Of a DNA stretch of 64,000 nucleotides, positions 1 through 9,959 are shown one piece after another (within the stretch, counting starts at the first letter, position 1; each line of letters begins with the position of its first letter). Origin of the DNA: Blasia pusilla (Eukaryota); contig CM114271.1 of assembly GCA_050084515.1 (NCBI GenBank), positions 2,108,001 through 2,172,000 on the forward strand. The letters run 5' to 3'. A program made the translations under genes and the position numbers. The notes below the pieces were generated by a model, which saw only the letters and a program-made list of their open reading frames with translations, had not been told where the DNA came from and searched no databases.

Positions 1-1954
1 CTCTTTGTACTTCCCCTCAATCGCATGTTTCCTCCACCACCCATGAATTTCTTCTTGGCATTCCATGGCCTCTTTCAAGGTTTTGCTATCCTTGCAGCGT
101 TGGAGTAGAGTGACATGCTCTGTCCTCTTATTCTCCTTGATGCAAGATTTGCTGTAGTGGGTCATAGATTGTTGACAATGGAAAGCATCCAACCTTTCTC
201 TCTTCGGTTGAACCTCCCCACCCCAAAACACTTCCCTGATAGCAATCCACCCAGGTTGTGCATTGTCCGCCATGAACCCATAAATTTCCGGAGGTGGCCT
301 TTTTTTTTCCTTCACCACCTCCAATAAGAGTAACCAACACATCTTCAAACTGCCAACGTCTTCTGCTTTTACTTCACAGAAAAATATAGTTTTGAGTCCC
401 TTCTCCACATAGTCATAAACCTGAGCACCCATTGTCAACCATCCGTTCAGCACTCTGTAGCAAATATCAAAGCTTACCCAGCTCCCGTAAAGATCTTCCC
501 CTTCCCTCATTCGATCTATAAGATCGAGGCCACTCGACGGACCTGTCATTGACATTTTGAAGTCATAGGCCGTGGATCCTTCGCCTCCCTGGCCCATGAA
601 CTGCCATCTCTAAATGAATGGAAATCTGGAGTTTGCCCTGATTATTGCAATGGCATCCATTCCGGCCCTCTTTCCATCTAGTACCTGTATTTGACTCAGC
701 AAATTCCGGAAGCATTCAGGATCAGCGAGAGATGCGAGATTTTCCCAGAGTTGTTTCTCCTCAACAACCGTGATCTCGCCTTGTCTAGGGATTCCAAGAA
801 ATTGTTCACAAATTTGTGATGTTGTTGTTAGCTTGATCACTCCAAGCTTTGAACCCGAGAGTTTCTGAAGACCTCGGCCACTTTCTTCGCCACATCCTCC
901 TTGATGTGTCTCTCAATTGCATCGATCACAGGATGAGTGTGGGAGCCAACATGAACTACTAGCCTTGTGTACTCTGACGTGGAGCCCAAGTCGTGGACAA
1001 TGAAAAATATGTATGCAGGACACGCTCCAACGCAAAAAGGGGATGCTTGACAATTAGGTCATCGATGGCCTCCCGGAGGTATGGTGGCATCAACCTCATA
1101 TGGAGTTTATGCATTCTTGGGGGGGAATTGCGACATATTGACCTGCCCGTTGCACTCTAGATAGGGGCATGCTAGACTTCTACACTCTAAGGCTCCAACA
1201 CATTGGCGGCGGGAGACAATCCAGGACCATCTAGAATTGAAGCACTAGTCCGTTAAAGCCTGCACCATCGATGACAATCAGACTTTCTGTCCATACCCTT
1301 CAAGCGTCCTCCATCTTTCTTTTGAGCAGGAGCAGCAAGTGGAGGCAACTCAAAAATATAATTACCATCGTACGTGGACGGCAACTCGTCGAAAAGAATG
1401 TGCTTGAACATTTTCAAGGCGAGAGACGATAGCAAACTATTGCCTGATACTCGTAAGAGGAATGAGTAGGCGGACAGAGGGCCCGGTTGGTGTCCGACCG
1501 ATCCACTGAGGTTGACAACAGCGGGAATTTCTTCAGGAAGTACAACATTGTAACGAACGTGTGAAGTTGGAGTCAATGTCGGATCTATTGAGCTAGGAGT
1601 TGCAAACGTAGAGCTCGGTGCATTAGGAAATTCTCGACCGTCTACTTGGGAAACTAAGGAATTCAGAGGCAAGCCGTAAACTCTGTATTGACCATTTGCT
1701 AGAGGTAGGAGATTCCATACTTTACGGTCTTCAATCACTGGCTGGATTGTCTCACCTATTATGTCCTCCGTACCATCCACCCTAACATCCTTAGACACAA
1801 AGATGGTTCCAATTGGGAGAAGAAATCGAACTGAGAGAAAATTTTCATCCACTGGTATGAAAGACTCACGAGCTTGCGGTCGAATGATTTTGGATTGAGG
1901 AAGGGCCGCTAGATGACTGCCACAAGTGAGCTTCACATAGTTGTCCATTCCCAA
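1..1954 (-). pseudogene. MULE/Mutator-family DDE transposase, disrupted, 3' part runs off window
   Basis: Manual translation of 609->1 is open: WVSFD (D at 466-468) ICYRVLNGWLTMGAQVYD..TIFFCEVKAE..YGFMADNA (D at 265-267)..RERLDAFH. This matches the MULE D..D..CxxH layout. Upstream lie FELPP..GMD..HRW, a Cys-rich segment and VHVGSHTHP (GCM/WRKY-like Zn domain). There is an in-frame TAG at 610-612 and frameshifts. Confidence 0.8.
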
Positions 1955-2020
1955 AAGATTCCACTAGGAGGAGACAGAGAATAAGAATGAGGATAAGAGT
2001 GGGTATGGGAATGAGAATGT

Positions 2021-2030
2021 CCAATTTATA
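2021..2030 (-). promoter_or_regulatory. Putative TATA box of the transposase gene
   Basis: TATAAATTGG on the - strand about 70 bp upstream of the transposase ORF, followed by a CT-rich leader. Confidence 0.4.
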
Positions 2031-2441
2031 GTGAATAGGGACTCAGATTCTCCTGATAGAATTTGACTGACAAGATGAAGTTTGGTAGGTGAGATTGTCT
2101 AACATGATGGGTTTAATTCTGTTGCAACCTGTCAGAGTCCGATGGGTTGCAGAATTTGGGAATCAGAGACGTGGGTTGCGAAGCACCCAGTTCCGTTTTT
2201 TTTTTCCTTGTCCCAATGCAAATTGGAAGCTGTCGGAGTTGGTTGGGTTGGTACCCCCTTCATGCCGACCAATGGTCTTTTGAGACGATTTTGCTAGCAT
2301 CAAACACGAGACATCGCTTGCATTTGCTAAGGTAACTAATTGTTGGGGACTGTTACGGGATTGTCCAACTCAGGGTAGACCTTGGGTACCCGCGCGACCC
2401 ATTGAGGATTACAAGAGGTTACCCGAGGGATAGAAAAGAGT

Positions 2442-2735
2442 GCAACGTGTCTGTAACTGATGAGTTGCCTAGGTACCTTGCCTATTACCCCAAGATGAGG
2501 GAAGCGTGCAACCCGTCGGCCTGCGATAGGTTGCGCAAGTGCCTCGCCTTGTAATGCTTACATGAAGGAAGCGTGCAAATCGTCGGCCTCCGACGAGTTG
2601 CATAGGTACCCCGCCTTGTTATCCCAAGACGAGGGAAGGGTGCAACCCGTCAGTCTTCGATGGGTCGCGCGGGTACCTTGCGTTCTTCCCCCAAGACGGC
2701 GGAGGCGCGCAACCTTTCAGACTCCGACGGGTTGC
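2442..2735. repeat. ~67-bp tandem array (about 4.5 units), each unit carrying the 27-bp palindrome
   Basis: Palindrome-like copies begin at 2442, 2508, 2575, 2642 and 2709. Confidence 0.85.
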
Positions 2736-2878
2736 TTGGATAGTTCGGCTATGACGGATGCCTCCAACCGGTCGGAGACCGTCGGGTTGTGGTTTTCACG
2801 TCTAGACCTCCATAACGGCCTACACGTTGCCGTCGGAACGACGATGCGATCCAATGGTCAGTACAACGGCTAAAAAAT

Positions 2879-2886
2879 TATAAATA
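2879..2886 (+). promoter_or_regulatory. Putative TATA box of the ParB-MTase cargo gene
   Basis: TATAAATA about 190 bp upstream of the ATG at 3076, followed by a telo-box-like TAGGGTTT. Confidence 0.45.
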
Positions 2887-3075
2887 GGCTAGGGTTTGCT
2901 CATTTCAGGTTTTCTGTTTCGCGATCTCGATTGCTCTTCAGCGCAGCAGCGGACCAGATACCAAGGGGCGCTTTACACGGCGACTCATCACGAGATGATT
3001 CAAGTGACTCATCAACGCGACTCATCGTGCACAGAAAGTAATTTCGTTGTCGAGGAGGTGGCATTTTCGGGAACA

Positions 3076-6000
3076 ATGACGAGGAAAAAAACTCAAGCAA
3101 GCAAGGTTGGGAGCTTCACTCCCAAGTCCATGACTCCTGCATCACCATCTCCAAGGCCTCGTTCGGCCAATGAGATAAGGCAGCAAGAGATCGAGGAGCG
3201 TGAAAGGGAAGCAGAGATGCACACACAGGAGCTTCTTGCAGAACGTGTTAAGGAGGCGATTGAAAAATAGAACGCAGAGGCTGAGGCGTCGCAGGCCTTG
3301 AAGAAAAGGATCTCCGAGGAGAAGCGTGAAAAGAAGCGTGTGGACGCGTCGGTGAGGAGAGCAGAATTGGAAAAAGCTTGAAGGAAAAAAGAGATTGCCA
3401 TTGAAGAAAGCTCGGCCCGTCCAACCAAAAGTGTTGAGATGAAGGAAATGTCTCCGATGAAGTCCGGGGACACAATCAATATAAAATCGGCTGAGGAAAC
3501 GGGCAAAGTTCAAGTGACGGACGATGAGGTCATGAGGACCGCCAGTGTGGAGATGGTGGATATCTCTGAAGAAGCAGGAGAGCGGTCTTCCTTGTCTCTT
3601 AGCCCGGCGGAAGAACATCGACCTCTATCGCATTGACGAGTTTCCACAGGACTTGCCAACTGCTATCCCAGACCAGTTGGCGTGCCAAGGCAACAACCCA
3701 ATCTTCGAGCGGGTAAGATACGATCTTTGTTCTTTGAGTTATGTGAAGGCCCATGTTGCAATTCATTGTAGTTTATTGACCTTTTCCCCGTTGTGACACG
3801 TGGTAAAGCAGATGGCACTGATGGAGGGCCAGAACGCCCCAAGAATTCCACTTTGCCGATTGCGGACAATGGAGTAGGTCCGCGAAATTCAGTCTGACGA
3901 GGATATTGCAAAGCTGAAATAATCGGCAACGACAACATCCTACGTTGACAGCTTCCCTCCGTTCTATGTCAACCTTACGATAAACATGGAACCCAAGCGC
4001 TGGTGACGGAGGAGGACTTGGAGGCGCTCGACACATTCTGGAGGATGAGAGATCAGGAATTCACAAGGGCGATTGAGGGGACGGAATTCAGCTGGATGCG
4101 GAACCTGTATTTCTTCATCTAGGATGGAAACCACAGGTTCATGGCATGGACCCAGTTTGCAAAGGAGCGCCAAAACTCATTGGAGGCGTATTTTTGCGTG
4201 AAGGCAGTCGTGCTACATCCATACCCTCATCACATGGCGACGGTGGAGATGGCCTTGCATACCATGAACACTTAAGTTTCCTCTTCCTTTATTTTGATTG
4301 GTGCTAACCGTTGGACTCCGACGAGTTGTTTAACTAGTGGTAACAAAACTCGTCGAAGTCCGACGAGTTGCTTGACTGGATGCTATTTTTTGGATGTTTT
4401 TGGCCGAATGCAACTCGTCGGAGTCCGACGAGTTTCTTGACTGAACGTTGTTTTTTGGATTTTTTTGGCCGAAAGCAACTCGTTGGAGTCCACGAGTTGC
4501 TTGACTGGCCGTTGTTTTTAGGATGTTCTTGGCCAAAAGCCACTCGTCGGAATCCGACAAGTTGCTCAACTGGCCGCTGTTTTAGGATGTTTTTGGTCGA
4601 AAGCAACTCGTCGGAGTCTGACGAGTTGCTTGACTGGCCGCTCTTTTTAGGATTTTTTGGCCGAAAGAAACTCGTCGGACTCCGACGGGTTACATTCGTC
4701 GGCATGGGAAGGTGATCGGAGTAGGGGAGCTTGATTTTTGGCGTCAAATTGCAGCTTTACTTGAAATTGCGCAACCTGTCCAACTTCGACAGGTTGATAT
4801 GTTCACTTTTCTCGCGAAGACCACTCTCTCAATACAAATTATCTGACAACCCGTCGGAGTCCGACGGGTTGAAACTAGGCAATCACAAATCTGAATGCAA
4901 TCCGTCGGACTTCGATGGGTTGCAAAATTTAGCTCGTAGCTACCATTCCAACCATGAGGTGTGACGACCTGTCGGAGTCTAACGGATTGCAGGAACCCAT
5001 ATAGCTCGCAAAATTTCTTATATTGAGTTTGGATGCGCAGGATTGTATCCGAGGGGAATGTCATCCACCATTGGATCCAAGATTGCGATCGGGTGAAGAA
5101 AGTGTTAACGACGCACCCGGCAGAGTACAAGGGGTTCTTGGGCAACGCCCTTGTAAATGAGATGCTAACGAAGGGGGCTCAATTTATTTTTTTTTAAAAG
5201 AAAGACTTGGGCAAATACATTTATTTCCCAAGATGCAGCCGTGACAATCCTTTGCTGGTCGAAGATAAAAGCCGCCAAGAAGAGCGCTTCATTGGAGCTG
5301 GAGCAGAGGGAGAAAATGTATGTGTCTGAGCATGCTAAGTTCATCCAAGCTGCAGTATCTGCAGTTACGAAGTACACTGCAAGCAAGATGCAGCGCTACA
5401 TTGCCATTCTCAACCCCAAACTTGGCCCCGATTTCTACAAGGAGCTGAAGGCGATAATCAAGTGCCAACGGAAGAGGGATGAAGATCCGCAAGGTCGGAT
5501 TGGGGAGAAAGTGTCTCTCGACCGCGTCCATCAATTTGCCTTGCCTGGAATTACGGAATTCAGGAGAATCCGACTGATGAAAATCAGTCTCGAGGGCACA
5601 GAGGCCCAAGAGAGGGCGGCACACCATCCTCTAGGTGTCTCTGATCCAATGATCTCCCACTGGCTCTCGTGAATGGTCATTCTGGGACGCGTTGCGGCTT
5701 CTCCGGAAGTCCATGCTCGTGGGTCTCTAAGCGGAGCTGAAAAAAATAGAGCCAATTTTGGAGGAAGCAAACCTGGAGAGTGCTGAAGATTTTGAACTTG
5801 GGCTAGATGACATGCGAGACAAGCCCATAAAAAACCCAGGCTTCAGGACGATGTTCAAGGATCACATCCTCCCTCAAGCAGACCTTGATGAAGAAATAGA
5901 GGCGAAGAAAAGGGATTTCGCAAAGAAAAAGCGAGATCTTCAGGAGCAGGCGGCCGATGTATCTTGAGTAAGAGCTGCCCAACGCATGGTGTTCAGACAC

Positions 6001-8208
6001 CTCGTCCATTGTAAGAATGCAGGTACGTGGCCAAAAATACCGGTAGCCTATAAATTGTGGGCTTCTCCGCCTGATGGAGAGACATTTTCCATGTACGACA
6101 TGGAGATGGCTCAAAGCATGTCCGACTGGGAGGTGGAGAATTGCCCGATGTGGCTGGACTTCAACAACCATGAGGACATAACCAAGAAAAATCTACGCGT
6201 GCTCTATGATGCAGTGGCCGCAGGTAGGGACGACATTCCCAATTTCGTGTAGCTTGAAGACTTTTTTGAAGGAGATACGGAGGAGCAACCCATCGAGACA
6301 GCGGAGTTGGTGTCCAAGGTCGTCACCGCCAAGGACAAATCTACAGCGGGTCTCAAAGCCAAGGCGAGGGGATCGAAGAATTCCGAGGCCGAGTCTTCCC
6401 AAAAAGAGGCTAAGAATTCAAGGCGAGAGGCGGAATCGTCCGGGCGAGCGGGGAGAGAGGGTCGGACCAGGTCCTCCGCAAAAAAAACTCCACCAGAGTG
6501 TGAGGTAATAGAGACCCCAATAAGCCGACCGCAGACTCGGGAGAAGCGGAAGCGAGAGGCGCCAGGTTTGTCCCACGGAGTAGACCAGGATGTGGAATAC
6601 ACTCCATCATCCTTGGGAAGACATAGGGAAACAACGACCCGGACAAGCGTCATCATTCACTGCACGAATCTTCTGGATGAGCTGAAAAGTTTCAGTTCCC
6701 AAGCATCGATACCCTCCATCGACAAATTGACAACGATGGGACGGAAGCTTCAACAAAATGGGCACGCTCCATGGACGGTCTATGGGGAGGTCGAGGAGGT
6801 GGCGATGGATCTCCTTGTCGCTGATTTTCCCTCGGGGTTGCGCTTGTGGGAGGAGAATCCGTCCGACGGTTTCCCAGACTGGAATGTCCCTCTTTCTTAT
6901 GACCAGATCGCGCTCCTGTTTTCCTTTGCATACGCTTATCTCAGTGACAGGGGCTGTTTCTTGGTTTTGACTGGAAGGAGCGAGGACGAGCTCTTCAACA
7001 TGCAGTGCGTCAAGAGGTTGCTGAAGTGGAGGACGGCGCAATCGTGGGTCATCAAGAACGAGTACCCACTCCGATCCGCGACGAGTCAAATTCGGGTAAG
7101 GGCTCTAAATCCATATCCAAATTTTCTTGCTCCAACTGGTTGCATCTCTGCATGCAACCCATCGGATTGTCTGAGCTGGAGACTTCGGTGGTGCAATCCG
7201 TCTAAAAGCGACGGCTTGCAAATTTACCGCAAGTCTCCATTGGGTGAATGCAACCCGACGGGTTGCAAGTGCTTATGCTTTTCCTTGTGTTTCTGGAATG
7301 ATGCAACCCGTTTGAATATGACGGGTTGCTCTTAGCCAACCATGGGCTGCTCTAAGCCAGCATTCTGCCGCCTTCCGACGGGTTGCTCATGGCAAAAAAA
7401 ATCACTAACACTTGTAAAACAACCCATTGGACTCCGAAAAGTTGCTCCAATGTTAGGACTATAACTAAGTTCTCTGGAGTTAAGCGAAGTTCTTTGGGAA
7501 CGAGTTGCACATTGTGTCACCATTCTGATAGTATACCTTTCTTGTTGTTGCATACTGAAATTAGCTCTTTCTTGTTGCTGACATTTTTTGCAACCTGCTT
7601 CTTTACACATGGACCACTCCTTTGTCTACTATTTTGTAAGGCCCAAGCACAACTTCCAAGTGTTTCAGATCCTCGATCCAGTGGATCCATGCTCTGATGG
7701 GTACAGCTTAGATAGTTTATACAATTCTCCCCCGAGAATTTACATGGAAAATGGTACCCCCTTACTTGGAGGAAGGGAAAATTTGTCGGCATTGATGCAA
7801 ACGCTCATTGAGCTCTGCTCAAGGCCGGGTGACTTGGTGTTCGACTTAGTGGGCCTTTCAGGGGCAAGTATCAGAGGCGCTTGGCAGAGTGGCAGGAACA
7901 TTCTCTACCTTGAGGGAAGGCAAGAACTGTTTGACCTTTGCAAAGAGGCAAAGGCAGATTACGACAGGCTAGTTGGGGCGTAAAACTCTCCTCCAAAGCC
8001 GATAGCTCTGGTTCCAGACCCACCATTGGTAGTGACACCATCGTCACTTCCCATGATTCCCATAATCGGGAGGGCAAGGCTGACAGTAATTCTGGAGGAG
8101 CTCTCAAACGATGACGAGTGAGTTCAAAGAACTCAAGGACCCAGCTTGACTATAGCATTTTGGAGTAGGGATTTATTTGATGACGAGGCAGAAGAATTCA
8201 TAGAATAG
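3076..8208 (+). pseudogene. Spliced cargo gene: coiled-coil N-terminus, ParB/Srx-like domain, helical region, beta-class N6/N4 DNA methyltransferase-like domain
   Basis: Inferred exons are about 3076-3712, 3812-4271, 5041-7095 and 7594-8208; two splice sites are mutated. Exon 2 reads IPLCRL..VR..FYV..FFI*DGNHRFMAW (DGNHR at 4123-4137). Exon 3 ends with MDLLVADFPSGL..PDWN..YAYLSDRGCFLVL (motif IV-like, 6805-6834). Exon 4 has LMQTLIELCSRPGDLVFDLVGLSGASIRGAWQSGRNILYLEGRQELF (motif X-I-II-like). ORFs at 5758, 5986 and 6307 share one frame broken by single TGA/TAG stops. Confidence 0.75.
4345..4693. repeat. ~64-bp tandem array (about 5.4 units) inside cargo intron 2, each unit with the palindrome
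   Basis: GCAACTCGTCGGAGTCCGACGAGTTGC-like copies at 4345, 4410, 4475, 4539, 4603 and 4667, with near-identical spacers. Confidence 0.9.
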
Positions 8209-9288
8209 ATCAAATATACAGTTCCGAGCTTCCTTTGGATGTAATAAAGAACAAGATTTTTTCAAACGATGGTGGTGTTTGTAAAAGTTTGTTGAATATC
8301 TTTTTTAGTCTTGTCGATTGTGATCGTCTATGTACTCCGACACTTCATATTGTAACCCGTCGGATTGCCACAGGTTGCAACTTTTCACTTTTTGACCACT
8401 GCACCTTTTTAACCACTTCTAGGCAACCTGTCGCATTCTGACAGGTTGGCTGTGTGAGTGATTGGACTCTTTCCCTGTTAGTCCAACTTTACAAACATTC
8501 TGGCGGACTTCTTCACTTTGGCACCTTCCCCTAGTTTCGTCAAACAAGTCTTAGGCTTCCTCTCTTCTCTAAGACGTGTTGGATTCCTACTACCTGGCTG
8601 AGGACATGATGGTGTCTCCAAGGACGGAGCACATATTGATACTAGATGGGTGTCACCTTGCAGAGCGTACAAGATTTATTGTCGAGGAAGGCGATGGGAC
8701 TCAAATCAGGTTACATGGGACCGTTATGGTGTACCTAGGGGGGTGCCAAGGCTCTCGAATTCGCCAACATTTTCGATCCCCGTCTACAATCGGCGAGAGG
8801 AGATCACAAATTGTATCTCAGGACATTCCTTTTGTACAGGAACCTAGGAGAGTAAGGTGTAAATTTGTAGATGACGAAGCTGAAGAAATCATGGACTAGA
8901 TCAAATGTACATTCCCGAGCTTCCTTCGGATGTAATACAGGACAAGATTTTTTCAAACGATAATGGTGTTTGTAAAATTTTGCTGAATATTTTTTTTGGA
9001 CTTGTCGATTGTGTTCGTCTAGCTACTCAGAATGTTTATTTTGCAACCCGTCTGACTCCGATGGGTTGCAACTTTTCACTTTTTCACCAGTGCAACTTTT
9101 TAACCATTTCCAGGCAAGCTGTCGGATTCTGACAGGTTGGCTGCTTGAGTGATCATACTCTTTCCCTATGAGACCAACTTCTGAGGCATTGTGGCGGGCT
9201 TCTTCACTTTTGGCTTGTTCCCCTAGTATTGTCAAACCAGTTGTAGGCTTCTTTTCTTCTCTAAGACATGTTGGATTCCTATTGCCTG
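8171..9288 (+). repeat. ~425-bp direct duplication (8171-8597 / 8862-9288) of the cargo gene's last codons and 3' region
   Basis: FDDEAEEFIE* versus VDDEAEEIMD*, then collinear sequence at an offset of about 691 bp, including two palindromes per copy. Confidence 0.85.
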
Positions 9289-9959
9289 TCGGATTGCCAT
9301 TTCGAATTCCCAACGAGTTGGATCTTCGTGAATGCAGGGTGGAATGGAATCACTTCTCAAAATCTTTCCTTTGTTATGGTGAGCTTGCTTGCAAGGGGTG
9401 CAAGCCATCTGATTCGGACGGGTTGCAAGAGTTGCAACCTGTAAAATTCCGACGGATTGGGAGGGGTGCAGCTTCTCGGTTTCTCATATTTAGGATCTGA
9501 ATGAAGGGACATCAATTCCTCTTTACTCCAGACAGCTAACAATCTGTTGGTTCAATTATCGTCTTCTGTGTTCACATTTCACAAAAATGGTCTTTATTTG
9601 AACCTTTCATTGAGATGAGATTGCTACTTCTGGTCACAATATTTGCCAATGGTCCTCCAAAAAAAAAAGCCCTGGGCACAGCTTACTGTAGACTGAGACA
9701 GGCAATGTGAAAAAACTTAGGCTCACATGGAGAGTGATGGGAAAATGTTTGTAGTGGTCTTATGATATCTACTAGTTTTTCGCCCCCTGGAAAAAGGAGG
9801 TTTCTTTAGGCCCAAACGTGGACCACTACCTACTCTCTTCTAAAGATTTCATAAATTTGAAAGCAAACAAAAATTTCAAATATGTCAAAAAGTTTTGAAG
9901 AGAGGAGGCGGATTTGGCCCTTTTTTTTGAAGAGAGACTCTCCTCTCTTCCTCTCTCCT

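Larger units (their letters stand above)
1..9830. mobile_element. Decayed Mutator-like (MULE) DNA transposon with ParB-like/DNA-methyltransferase cargo gene; left end outside window, right end approximate
   Basis: MULE-type transposase on the - strand (1-1954) and a divergent cargo gene on the + strand (3076-8208). One shared palindromic motif family occurs from 2124 to about 9460. The right end is tentative (GGTAGTGGTCC read on - from 9830), where unrelated gypsy gag sequence follows. Confidence 0.7.

Noticed and set aside
4345-4693. CRISPR-like look: palindromic ~27-bp repeats with ~37-bp spacers
   Set aside because: Spacers are near-identical copies of one another, no cas genes are present, and the context is a eukaryotic intron. 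It is a tandem repeat.
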